Positions 19,243-31,231 of a stretch of 64,000 nt of DNA are shown piece after piece. The DNA comes from Planctomycetota bacterium (GTDB lineage Bacteria; Planctomycetota; UBA11346), in NCBI GenBank assembly GCA_016745075.1, contig JADGDD010000002.1, forward strand, positions 385,881 to 449,880, read 5' to 3'. A program made the position numbers and the translations under genes. Under the pieces are notes generated by a model that saw only the letters and a list, made by a program, of their open reading frames with translations, did not search any database and was not told the DNA's origin. Numbering within the stretch: position 1 is the first letter of the stretch; the number at the start of each line of letters is the position of its first letter.

Positions 19243-21972
19243 ATGAACGAATGGATACAATACATGACTGAACTCAGTGACATGACCATCAAGGACTTGC
19301 GCAAATTAGCGAGTGACCACAAAATTCCCGGACGCAGCGGATTAGCAAAACAGGATTTATTATCCGCCCTTGGCCAACTTTTGAAAAACCGTCAGGCTGG
19401 TGCTGTCGAAGAGACAGCGAAGAAAGCTCCTGCTCATAAAGCGGAAAAAGCTACTACAACAAAAAAAGACATTAAAAAGCCGCATAAAAAGACATCGAAG
19501 AAGGTTGTGGAAAAAGCACCGGAGAAGAAAACTCCTGCTCAAGAGCCAGAGGTTTTAGACGCATCATTATTTGTTGAAGCGGTAGCTCCAGAGGCAAGCA
19601 CAACAAGTAAAAAAGATGCCGTTGATACAGCTGCAAGTAAGCCAGAAGAGAAAATTGAAGAAAAAACCGAGGACGGTGCTCCGCGTCGTCGTCGTCGCCG
19701 TTCACGTGGTGGGAAAAAGAAAACAGCAGGACAGGTAGAACAATCGGCAGAGTCATCAGATGCTGAACAGTCTGTAGAGCAGGTTGCAGAGAAAACAGAT
19801 GAAACACAGGCAAAAACTGTGGAACAGCCAGCATCTGACAAAGCGGAACAAAAAACTGAAGCATCAAGCGCTTCAGCAAGTGCGAATAAAAACACAACTC
19901 GCGGTGGTCAACGTGACGAGCGTCGTAATGATCGCCAACAACGTCCTCCGCGTGATCCACATCGTCCACATCGCCCACGTTTAGAAGGCAATGATCATCG
20001 TCGTTTGCCGGGTATGATCGACCGTATGATTTCATTCACCAGTGGCATTGTTGGTTTGTGTGATCCAGAGACCCCATCATGGGCGCAAGCGCATCTGAGT
20101 GAATTATTGGCAGAAGCTGGTGTGTGTGCGATGCCATGTTCTGGTTTGCCACATCCAGATTACCATGAAGTTGTTGGTGAGTATGCCGTTGAAGGTATTC
20201 CGGCAGGTCACATTACCAGTGTAGAAATTCCTGGTTTTTGCTTACGTGGTGATCGTGGTGGTCGCTTATTTCCAGTCCAAAAATCAAAAGTCAATATTGC
20301 TCCTGGCACAGTAGAAGATGTTCAAGCAGAAACTGAACAGCCAACTGTTGTTGCAGAAGAGGCAACTGCAGCAGAGCTCCCAGTAGATACTCTTATTGAA
20401 GAAGCTGCGCCATCGGTAGAAGACACTACAGCCGCTGAACCAGCGCCTGAACCAGCGCCTGAATCAGCGGACAAAGCTGATAGTGCGGCTGATAGCAATA
20501 GCACAGAGAAGAATATTCAGCAAGCTGAGGAGGCTGCGTCTGCCGAAAAAAAGCTCAAAGAGGCCGCCGAGGGGGCGGACGTAGACGCTCCCGTGGCGGA
20601 TCGTCAAGAAACAAAACAAGCCAGTCGTAAGTCAGCTCAAAAATCCGTTACTCAGAAACAATCTCGTTCACAAAAAGCGGAACGTTTACCGTTGGTTCAA
20701 CAAAGTAAAGAAGAGCTTGCAGATCGTCCTCAGGCAGAAGGTTTCCGTGCCCTTGGGTTAAATGATCAGGTGTTGGCAGATGTAGCTGCTTGTGGCTACA
20801 GCGACCCATCTCCCATTCAGGAAGCTGCTATCCCTATCACCTTGACTGGTGTTGATATTATTGGCCAAGCACAAACGGGTACTGGTAAAACAGCGGCCTT
20901 TGTGCTGCCAATTCTTCATAAATTATATGAATTAGAGCCAGAATCTGACGGTCCGGTTGCGCTCATGTGTTGCCCAACTCGTGAACTTGCGCGACAAGTA
21001 CATGCTGAATTTGTACGTATGGCTGGTCAATCCTCTGCTCGTGCTGCCCTTATTTATGGCGGTGTGAGTATGCAAGACCAGTTTGACGCGCTTGATCGTA
21101 AACCACATGTCGTCATTGGTACACCAGGCCGTATTATTGATTTAATTAAACGTGGCAGCCTGAAAACATCAAATATTTCTATCGCCGTTTTGGACGAGGC
21201 TGATCAAATGTTAGATATCGGTTTTTTACCTGATATAGAATATATTCTCAGCCACACGCCACCAGCACGACAAACGTTGTTGTTCTCAGCAACCATGCCA
21301 GACGAGATCCGTCGTTTAGTGGAACGTTTTCAGAAAAATCCAGAACATATCCATATGGCGCCAAAACATGTGACCGCAGACCAAGTAGATCAGAAGTATA
21401 TTGCCGTTGAACAAAAACGAAAAGTAGATATTCTTGCGCATTATATTGAAACTGAAAAACCAGAACAATTAGTGGTGTTTTGTAAAACAAAACATCAGAC
21501 TGATCGTGTTGCCACCATCTTGAAAAAGAAAAAAATGAAAGCTGGTGCTATTCATGGTGATTTGCCACAGAATAAACGTGAACGTACCTTAACTGGTTTT
21601 CGTAATAATGAACTGCAATGTCTTATTGCCACCAATGTGGCTGCACGTGGTTTAGATATTCCCGCTGTATCGCATGTCATTAACTATGATATTCCCGAAA
21701 ACCCAGAAGAATATGTACATCGTATTGGTCGTACTGGCCGCATGGGCAGCTCTGGGTTTGCTCGTACCTTTATTACCCCAGATGATGGTCAATTTCTTAT
21801 TGAGATAGAAAAACATATCGGTTTTGAATTAGAAGAAGAAACTATTGAAGGCATTACCACCCATAGTGAAAAATCTGCCTCTCGCCCAATTGCAGATATG
21901 GAAATTAAAGGCCCGCGTTTATTAAAACCAATCGCTGGTGGTATTCGCTTAGGTCGTCGCCGTCGTCGTTAA
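19243..21972 (+). CDS. DEAD-box ATP-dependent RNA helicase with a Rho-like N-terminal region and K/E- and R-rich disordered linkers
   Basis: N-terminal Rho_N-like MTIKDLRKLASDHKIPGRSGLAKQDLLSALGQLL. Lys/Glu/Ala-rich linker, RRRRRRSRGGKKK. A Cys-containing segment EIPGFCLRGDRGG reminiscent of the Rho RNA-binding OB fold. Helicase motifs [30 protein letters not shown]-terminal GRRRRR. Confidence 0.85.
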   Translation: MNEWIQYMTELSDMTIKDLRKLASDHKIPGRSGLAKQDLLSALGQLLKNRQAGAVEETAKKAPAHKAEKATTTKKDIKKPHKKTSKKVVEKAPEKKTPAQEPEVLDASLFVEAVAPEASTTSKKDAVDTAASKPEEKIEEKTEDGAPRRRRRRSRGGKKKTAGQVEQSAESSDAEQSVEQVAEKTDETQAKTVEQPASDKAEQKTEASSASASANKNTTRGGQRDERRNDRQQRPPRDPHRPHRPRLEGNDHRRLPGMIDRMISFTSGIVGLCDPETPSWAQAHLSELLAEAGVCAMPCSGLPHPDYHEVVGEYAVEGIPAGHITSVEIPGFCLRGDRGGRLFPVQKSKVNIAPGTVEDVQAETEQPTVVAEEATAAELPVDTLIEEAAPSVEDTTAAEPAPEPAPESADKADSAADSNSTEKNIQQAEEAASAEKKLKEAAEGADVDAPVADRQETKQASRKSAQKSVTQKQSRSQKAERLPLVQQSKEELADRPQAEGFRALGLNDQVLADVAACGYSDPSPIQEAAIPITLTGVDIIGQAQTGTGKTAAFVLPILHKLYELEPESDGPVALMCCPTRELARQVHAEFVRMAGQSSARAALIYGGVSMQDQFDALDRKPHVVIGTPGRIIDLIKRGSLKTSNISIAVLDEADQMLDIGFLPDIEYILSHTPPARQTLLFSATMPDEIRRLVERFQKNPEHIHMAPKHVTADQVDQKYIAVEQKRKVDILAHYIETEKPEQLVVFCKTKHQTDRVATILKKKKMKAGAIHGDLPQNKRERTLTGFRNNELQCLIATNVAARGLDIPAVSHVINYDIPENPEEYVHRIGRTGRMGSSGFARTFITPDDGQFLIEIEKHIGFELEEETIEGITTHSEKSASRPIADMEIKGPRLLKPIAGGIRLGRRRRR

Positions 21973-22017
21973 GACAATTTGCACTATTAATAACCGTTAG
22001 TAAGAAAGAGAACTCCA

Positions 22018-22629
22018 GTGGATTTTATTTGTTTAGACTTAGAAGGTGTTTTAGTTCCAGAAATCTGGATTAACTTTGCCGAGCGAACAGGTATAGACGA
22101 ACTCCGTGCAACTACTCGTGACATTCCAGATTACGATGTACTGATGCGCCAACGTTTAGATATTTTACGTGAACACAAACTGGGTATGCCCGATATTCAA
22201 GCAGTTATAGCGGATATGGGTCCAATGGATGGAGCTCGTGATTTTCTTGACTGGGCTCGTGCTCATTTCCAAGTTGCCATTTTATCTGATACTTTTTATG
22301 AGTTTGTTGCTCCACTTATGAAACAACTTGGTCAACCAACCTTGCTCTGTCATCGTTTAGAAGTTGCGGAAAATGGTACCGTGATTGATTATCATCTTCG
22401 TCAAAAAGATCCTAAACGTAAATCTATCCAAGCACTTAAGAGTCTTACCTACACTACTTTGGCTGCTGGTGATTCGTATAACGATACCACTATGCTTGCC
22501 GAAGCGGACGCAGGCTTCCTCTTTAAAGCTCCTGATAATGTTATTGCAGAATTCCCACAATTCCCATCTTGTGAAACCTACGAAGAGCTTCAAGCCAATT
22601 TTATAGAAGCTTCAAAGCGCCTCGGATAG
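22018..22629 (+). CDS. thrH: Phosphoserine phosphatase / homoserine phosphotransferase ThrH (HAD superfamily)
   Basis: DFICLDLEGVLVPEIWINFAERTGIDELRATTRDIPDYDVLMRQRL and the C-terminal AAGDSYNDTTML closely follow the Pseudomonas ThrH sequence. 203 aa. Confidence 0.85.
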   Translation: MDFICLDLEGVLVPEIWINFAERTGIDELRATTRDIPDYDVLMRQRLDILREHKLGMPDIQAVIADMGPMDGARDFLDWARAHFQVAILSDTFYEFVAPLMKQLGQPTLLCHRLEVAENGTVIDYHLRQKDPKRKSIQALKSLTYTTLAAGDSYNDTTMLAEADAGFLFKAPDNVIAEFPQFPSCETYEELQANFIEASKRLG

Positions 22630-22736
22630 CTGAATTCATCAGCAGCGCTCGCTTTAACGTTTGAATGGGGTGCAAGACTTTTGGAGTAGCTTGGGATATT
22701 CAAAGTGGACGAGGATGTTCGCTTTTCGAGTGAGCC

Positions 22737-24065
22737 TTAGGGGCTCATAAATGCATGTGTATCTGGATGCTCGCTAAGATATTCTTTGCGAGCATTTTTT
22801 GTCCAAGCAGGTCCGTGATATACCACGTCATCATTTTCGTCACCGTTATTATCCACATTGTCAAAACCAATGTCGTACAGTGTCCAAAGTCCTTCTGTTT
22901 GTATGTTGTAACGAATTGTTCTCGGAATATCTAAAGACGATAATTCAGACAGTTCTTGTGGCGGTATGGTTTGTTGGTGAATTGCCTGTGCAATCTGAAG
23001 GAGTTTGTATTGAGATACAACTTGTTCATGGCTATTTCTTGCTCCAGATACTGCTGGTGTCATGTAGGCAGTGAGGATGAGCCCAATGGTGTCATCGTAC
23101 AGATACGGTGCGTTTTGAAACTCTTCAAACTTTGATTCTATTCTTTGCATACTTAGAAAATTGTAGGGTTTGGTGTGAGCCGTAATTAAATGTCCCCAAA
23201 AATGGTCAAGGTTGTTGAGTGTTGTCTTTTTGGAACTGCCGAGCAGAGGAGCAATACTGAAGAAAAAAGGGAGTCCATCTCCAAGGTCAGGATCTTTTCC
23301 GTTATTATCAAAAAGAGAAGCGATGGCTGTGCGAATAACGTTGTATTCATGACGAAAAGTATGGTTCAGCGTTTGGATCGATTGCGTATTATTGAGTGAC
23401 AGTATTTTTTCCCCATCCGGGTTGTTGAGGAGGTCGTATTCAATGGCGGCTTCAAGTACTCTATTTAATGCCCCGCGAATGGACAGAGCGACTAGATGGT
23501 TAATGAGCGTGCCGCCATGATCGATCGTGTTACTTATAGAGCAAATGGCTTGCATGATACGTAACGATTTATCGTATTGCTGGTGTGCTAAGTTGTTGTA
23601 AAGATGAAGACATAATACTTCTGTACAGTTTCTGGCTTGGATAACGTAATTAATGTCTTCATCAAATGAGATACAGCGTGGAGGGTATACTTGTTGAGTA
23701 AAGTCATAGGTGAGCAATGTATTCACGGCTTGTTGTGTTTCGAGTAAAAATTGCTTGGTTTTCGGGACTTGGGCAAGGTCCCACGGTATGATATAATAGA
23801 GGTCACTCTCATCAGAATAACAAGAGTCTTCGTATGGTTCTGTCTCTTCAGTACATTCTTGAAGGTGTTTTTCCCAAATAAAAAAAGGATCGTTCTGCGC
23901 CATTTCGCCACGTGGTTTATGGGCAGGGTCAACGGAGAAATCAATCGTACTTAAATCTATTGGCTCAACCCAGACAGGGCGTGTTTGCAGCCAAATCATA
24001 CAGGTCAGAAGGATAGCGCCAAAACTAAAGGCTAGCCAGAGGAGTGTTTTTTTAAGAGAGTTCAT
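22737..24065 (-). CDS. Hypothetical secreted protein
   Basis: N-terminal signal/anchor MNSLKKTLLWLAFSFGAILLTCMIWL. 442 aa, no recognisable domain. Acidic Cys-containing N-region. Confidence 0.5.
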   Translation of the reverse strand: MNSLKKTLLWLAFSFGAILLTCMIWLQTRPVWVEPIDLSTIDFSVDPAHKPRGEMAQNDPFFIWEKHLQECTEETEPYEDSCYSDESDLYYIIPWDLAQVPKTKQFLLETQQAVNTLLTYDFTQQVYPPRCISFDEDINYVIQARNCTEVLCLHLYNNLAHQQYDKSLRIMQAICSISNTIDHGGTLINHLVALSIRGALNRVLEAAIEYDLLNNPDGEKILSLNNTQSIQTLNHTFRHEYNVIRTAIASLFDNNGKDPDLGDGLPFFFSIAPLLGSSKKTTLNNLDHFWGHLITAHTKPYNFLSMQRIESKFEEFQNAPYLYDDTIGLILTAYMTPAVSGARNSHEQVVSQYKLLQIAQAIHQQTIPPQELSELSSLDIPRTIRYNIQTEGLWTLYDIGFDNVDNNGDENDDVVYHGPAWTKNARKEYLSEHPDTHAFMSP

Positions 24066-24404
24066 CTCTTGAGTATAAAAAAACTAGACACGAGTCAATG
24101 TCTGCTTGTTTTTTTTTAGACTGTTTAGCAGGAATGGATCTTAATATGCAGCTGTAGAGATGGCTATGTTCGCATTCTGAAAAAATTGTAGCAAAGCATG
24201 TATGCCGCAATCTTCTTCGGAAATAGTTGCTAAAGTACCATCTGTGAGTATTATGTCATGCCGTGTTTCGTTCCAATAGATATGATCAATATTGTGTTCG
24301 GTGACAGTAACAATTTCATTTGGATGAAAAGACCACTCACCGCCAGAACTATGGACGATGGAAATACGTTCAGTAGAAACCGTTATATTATTACAGATGG
24401 GACA

Positions 24405-26069
24405 CTACCCTGCGAGAGAGTCGTTATCGTTGGTTGCATTACGACGTAGTAATTTATCAAGCATAGAATTCCAGATGCTGGTTTTACGATGGTTGCCGAA
24501 TGGGCCGGCTCCATGTGTAAGAGCATCAAGGTCACTTATTAGGTGTTCATAGGTTTGGTAGCGGTCTTGTGGTGCTTTGGCTATCATCCGATGAACTAGC
24601 ATATAGATGCGTTCATCTAAGCCTGGGCGCAGCTCTTCCAGTTGTGGTGGGATTTCGCTAATATGTTTGGCCATCAGGCGAACGGGGTTGTCGTCTTCAA
24701 ATGGGGTGCGACCAGCAAGCGCTTGGTACAAGGTGATACCAAGGGCATAGATATCGGAGCGTAGATCAGTTGCGTTTACGCCACCTTTCACCTGTTCCGG
24801 TGCAATGTAAGCGGGGGTCCCAGCTACAAGGTCGGTCATATCACTTTCAAAGTCTTCAATATCAGTGTGTCGTGTAATACCACGGGCAAGGCCAAGATCA
24901 GCCAGTTTTGCATGCCCTTTATTTGATCCGTTGGTGCTAATAAGGATGTTAGACGGTTTAATGTCGCAATGAATAACGCTCAAGTTGCGTTGTGCCCATG
25001 CGAGTCCATCTGCAATTTGCCGGATAATAGGTAGGGCATCATTTGCGGAGAGGCGGTTTTTCTTTTGAATCAGTTTGCTAAAGTCGGTGCCATCTATGTA
25101 TTCCATAACCAAATGTGGGTAATATCCTTCGGCCTCATAATGGAAAACGCGTAAGATGTGTGGATGATTAATACGGGCAAGTAATTGTGCTTCATGTTCG
25201 GTGCAGCGTTTTTCACGGTCGTAGTGTTGGCTGCCAGTAAGCAATACTTTGACTGCTACAGGAATATGCAGGCCGGTATGTTGAGCGCGATAAACCATAG
25301 AGCAGGCACCAGTGCCAACTTCTGCTTCTAAGAGGCATGCGCCAAGTTTACTGCCGATTTTAGGCGGGTGGTAGCCAGGAATGCAGATGCTGCCACTACC
25401 AGCATTGTTTTCAGATTGAAAGGCAATGGTGGCTTCTGGGTCTTCGCTAGATTCACCTTCTACTAAGATCGCATCCAGCATGTTGAGGGTGGCGCTGCGA
25501 TCTGCTCCATCTTCTGGCACTTCTACCAGTAAGGGTTGACTATTATCATTGTCAGAATCACTCTTGGTATATCGGTCTGTGTCTACAGCCGCAGTTGCTA
25601 TGGCAGGTTCCGTTTCTGTGTGTTGCATTTGTGTTGGCACAGCAATGGGTTGTAGAGTAAGCATTTGAGCGATAGTGCTACCATCGTAGTCAGCAAGAAC
25701 GCTGCGAATAATATGGAGTACCTCAGCAGTATCACGGTGTAGGTTTGGAACAATGCTATCATCATTCGGGGCTGCCAGCCACGAGCATGGGCCAGCTAGG
25801 ACAAGACGAGTGAGGGCCTTCATGCCGGTGAGGTCACCAAAGACGACGTAGACGAGTTGGCCATTTATCCACGCAATGTGGGCTGGAATATCTTGAACTT
25901 GAACGTGTAAGGTGCCGGATGATTTTTGTCTGTGTAGAATATAGAGCAGGTCAAACATACACACCGCATCAGCGCGGCCTGCAAAGCAAGCGCCAGGTCC
26001 CGGAATAGGGCTGCGAAAACGGCCGGAGCCGTCGGAAGGTCTATCTTCAAAGGGTTCTGTATGTACCAT
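24405..26069 (-). CDS. Ser/Thr protein kinase with an N-terminal DUF4388-like domain
   Basis: Kinase subdomains VAVKVL, HCDIKPSNILI, DLGLARG, GTPAYIAPE in the C-terminal half. N-terminal MFDLLYILHRQKSSGTLHV resembles DUF4388. Confidence 0.85.
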   Translation of the reverse strand: MVHTEPFEDRPSDGSGRFRSPIPGPGACFAGRADAVCMFDLLYILHRQKSSGTLHVQVQDIPAHIAWINGQLVYVVFGDLTGMKALTRLVLAGPCSWLAAPNDDSIVPNLHRDTAEVLHIIRSVLADYDGSTIAQMLTLQPIAVPTQMQHTETEPAIATAAVDTDRYTKSDSDNDNSQPLLVEVPEDGADRSATLNMLDAILVEGESSEDPEATIAFQSENNAGSGSICIPGYHPPKIGSKLGACLLEAEVGTGACSMVYRAQHTGLHIPVAVKVLLTGSQHYDREKRCTEHEAQLLARINHPHILRVFHYEAEGYYPHLVMEYIDGTDFSKLIQKKNRLSANDALPIIRQIADGLAWAQRNLSVIHCDIKPSNILISTNGSNKGHAKLADLGLARGITRHTDIEDFESDMTDLVAGTPAYIAPEQVKGGVNATDLRSDIYALGITLYQALAGRTPFEDDNPVRLMAKHISEIPPQLEELRPGLDERIYMLVHRMIAKAPQDRYQTYEHLISDLDALTHGAGPFGNHRKTSIWNSMLDKLLRRNATNDNDSLAG

Positions 26070-26136
26070 AGTGATTCAGTTTATGACACTATCGGCTGGT
26101 GCGCAAACAGCAAGAGCGGGACTTGTGCATCCATAG

Positions 26137-28647
<2,511 letters not shown>

Positions 28648-28649
28648 GT

Positions 28650-29072
28650 ATGACAAATGATGTAAGATGGGTGCAGCTTTTTCAACAGTATAAAAAAGCT
28701 CTTCAGAATTTAAGTGATGCTGTAGAGCTGGACCGCGTTCGGAAATTATCAAAATTAGAAGAGCAAGGCCTTATCAAAGCATTTGAACTGGTTCACGAAC
28801 TTTCATGGTTGGTGATAAAAGATTATTACCAAGACCAAGGAGATGTTGCGATTCAAGGGAGCAAAGATGCCATTCGTCTTGCGTTTAAGCGAGGTCTCAT
28901 TGATGATGGTGAGGCGTTCATGCAATCGATCAAAACAAGACAGTTAACTGTGCATACATACAATGAAGAGACTGCTCATAAAATTCATACTGATATTATT
29001 GATGTCTATTATGGCGCATTTAAGAAGCTTGCACAAAAACTTGAAATCCATCAGTGTGATCTCGGGTTATAG
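28650..29072 (+). CDS. HEPN-domain protein, HI0074 family (nucleotidyltransferase substrate-binding protein); putative toxin of a HEPN/MNT pair
   Basis: HI0074-like N-terminus (WVQLFQQYKKALQNL). An Rx4H motif (RQLTVH) near the C-terminus. ATG sits 2 bp after the gyrB stop. Confidence 0.85.
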   Translation: MTNDVRWVQLFQQYKKALQNLSDAVELDRVRKLSKLEEQGLIKAFELVHELSWLVIKDYYQDQGDVAIQGSKDAIRLAFKRGLIDDGEAFMQSIKTRQLTVHTYNEETAHKIHTDIIDVYYGAFKKLAQKLEIHQCDLGL

Positions 29073-29084
29073 GGTTTTTACCCT

Positions 29085-29411
29085 GTGAGATACGGTTTAG
29101 AAGAAACGGTTCTTAATCGCCTGCGACAAGCGTTCAGTAGTGTTAATGCTATTGAAAAGATAGTTTTGTATGGTTCGCGCGCGAAAGGGAATTATCGCAC
29201 TGGTTCGGATATTGATATTACTTTATTCGGAAGCAACCTTACGTTAGACAATAGTGTTTATCCTTTAATGGATGAAATAGAAAAACTGTATATGCCGTAT
29301 TCTTTCGATATTTCCATATTTGAACATATTGATAATGAACAGCTTGTAGATCATATCAAGAGAGTCGGAAAGATTTTATATAGAAAAGAAGACAGATTGT
29401 TACAAGAGTGA
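29085..29411 (+). CDS. Minimal nucleotidyltransferase (MNT, HI0073-like); putative antitoxin of the HEPN/MNT pair
   Basis: LYGSRAKGNYRTGSDIDI matches the GSx9-13DxD pol-beta NTase motif. GTG start. 108 aa. The 3-prime end overlaps the convergent downstream gene by 12 bp. Confidence 0.85.
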   Translation: MRYGLEETVLNRLRQAFSSVNAIEKIVLYGSRAKGNYRTGSDIDITLFGSNLTLDNSVYPLMDEIEKLYMPYSFDISIFEHIDNEQLVDHIKRVGKILYRKEDRLLQE

Positions 29412-31070
29412 TCGCAATAAGCCCGCGCACGCTAATGGTGCGTAACGTGTTAATGCAGCATGTGCCTCAATGATTTTATTCTGAAAATCAGTGTTCCCTA
29501 ATTGCTGTGCAAGCTGGGCGGTGCAGGCAGCAGTGCTTTCGCGCCACGGAGTGTCTACCATGTCGGCAGCGCTGGTGTGGCTTGGATGAGCCGAGCTGAT
29601 AGTAAACCCACCATGTTTGGCGAAATGTTCTTCAAGCTGGTGTAGAGCATTGTTGGCGTAGTTTAAAAAAGATTCATCTGTGCTAAAGGTAAACCAAGCC
29701 TGTGCTCCACGTCCGCAGACTGCTTTTTCATATGTATTCAGTTCTTCCAGTGGAGGTAATTGCGCTGCGCATTTTTTGGCTGCTGGCAGAATGTCTTCGT
29801 GATCAGTTTCGGTGGTGAGTGGGTGGTTCAAAAACTGTGCGAGTGTCTCAAGTATGAGTCCTTGATCACTAGCACGGCAATCCTCGTTTCGTGCGGGGCT
29901 TGGTCGTTCGTGACGGGCAATTAACAATCTGCGGCAGGCTTCAGGTAAACGGGCGTTTGCATCAGCATCATCTAAAGCTCCTTGGATGGCCGGAATATGG
30001 AAGGTCGCATCCAGCGCCGCACGTTCATCGTGCCAGTAGCGTTGTAGAAAATGTTCACCGAGTTCTTGGCCAAGCACATCGGCAATGGCCTCTTTGCTCC
30101 ACGCGTAATAAGCGCCGTTTATCAGTTGTTCGCCTGCGCCAAAGCTTTCAGCATCTAGTCCGGTCATAAATGCACCATCATCAGTTTGCAGGGTATGGAT
30201 GGTCCACAGTAGAGTGGTGCTGGCTATGGTATGGGCGAGTGGGTTTTCTAAAGCGCTGGCAGCCGCTAGTAGGAGTGAGGACATAATTGCTTGGTCAGCC
30301 GTGGTTTTCTCAAAAAAAGGCAAGCCCCAAACAGGATCGCTGCAACCATGGAAAAAGCCACCACCAAGATGGTCGTGCATACCGCCTGCAATGTAAGCAG
30401 TGATAGTGCGTTCAACATGAGCACGTACAGAGGCAGATGTTTTTCCTGAAGCAGTGCGTTTCAATAAAAAATGCAATAATGGCGCATTGAAATAACGAGG
30501 AGACTCGCCAAATCCACCTTCTAGGCTGTCTGCTGCTTCCATCGCGTGGGCTTCACAGGCATCCTGAGCCAATGTTTTGTTAAATGATTTTTCCGCCGGT
30601 GGGAGTTCTTCCAGCTGTGCCAGCACACCTTTAAATTGTTCCGCATCAGCTGTAATATTTTCGCCCTGTTCTTGCCATGTCTGGGCCACATCAATAAGTA
30701 AATTCAAAAAACCATGACTATTTTCTGCATCAGCCCGCATATTGCGCCATGGACTTGCACCAAAAAATGAGCCGCTTGGTGTAGCAAAGGCAGAGAGTGG
30801 CCAGCCTTGTGCTTCGGCAGTTAAGCCAAGTACATTTTGCATGGTGAGGGCTAAGCCTTCATGTTTGAGCGTATCAACAAAAACTGGTTGAAAATGTTCG
30901 TTAATAAGTGTCACGACCTCTTTATCTTCTGCCATAGTACGCAGCCATGAATTGGTAAAAGAATCTAGTGAACTCCCCGCAATTAATAGGGTCGGCAGCT
31001 CAGTTTGAGAGCCAATAGCAGTAGGGGGCAACCAAGGAATAGCAGGAGATGAAGTCATGTTTGGCAGCAT
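29400..31070 (-). CDS. DUF255/YyaL-like thioredoxin-fold plus six-hairpin-glycosidase-like protein, with a degenerate redox motif
   Basis: The N-domain aligns to DUF255 ([23 protein letters not shown]), but the CHWC position reads DSFT (LLIAGSSLDSFTNSWLRTMAE). Long helical C-terminal domain. Confidence 0.65.
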   Translation of the reverse strand: MLPNMTSSPAIPWLPPTAIGSQTELPTLLIAGSSLDSFTNSWLRTMAEDKEVVTLINEHFQPVFVDTLKHEGLALTMQNVLGLTAEAQGWPLSAFATPSGSFFGASPWRNMRADAENSHGFLNLLIDVAQTWQEQGENITADAEQFKGVLAQLEELPPAEKSFNKTLAQDACEAHAMEAADSLEGGFGESPRYFNAPLLHFLLKRTASGKTSASVRAHVERTITAYIAGGMHDHLGGGFFHGCSDPVWGLPFFEKTTADQAIMSSLLLAAASALENPLAHTIASTTLLWTIHTLQTDDGAFMTGLDAESFGAGEQLINGAYYAWSKEAIADVLGQELGEHFLQRYWHDERAALDATFHIPAIQGALDDADANARLPEACRRLLIARHERPSPARNEDCRASDQGLILETLAQFLNHPLTTETDHEDILPAAKKCAAQLPPLEELNTYEKAVCGRGAQAWFTFSTDESFLNYANNALHQLEEHFAKHGGFTISSAHPSHTSAADMVDTPWRESTAACTAQLAQQLGNTDFQNKIIEAHAALTRYAPLACAGLLRSLL

Positions 31071-31231
31071 GGCAATGAATGGCCAACGACAAGCAGCAGG
31101 TGCGTGGTTCTTTTCATAGAATATTTATCTCTTGTGATTGCGTGAGCATCTATGCCGGTTAGTGCTAAAAAAAGAGCATGCATGCTGTATTCTTGTTGTT
31201 ATCCTCTCGCCATCACTCACAGGAGAATTAT

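Noticed and set aside
19472-20504. Antisense ORFs (187, 118, 60 aa) inside the N-terminal region of the Rho-N/DEAD-box helicase gene
   Set aside because: They lie in the low-complexity Lys/Glu/Ala- and Arg-rich coding tract, and such sequence generates long open frames on the opposite strand. The sense-strand helicase reading frame is strongly supported.
24066-24404. 340-bp gap between the Ser/Thr kinase gene end and the secreted protein gene start, examined for a small gene or terminator
   Set aside because: There are only weak 4-bp stems flanked by A/T runs. The two plus-strand ORFs listed there overlap the kinase and look spurious.
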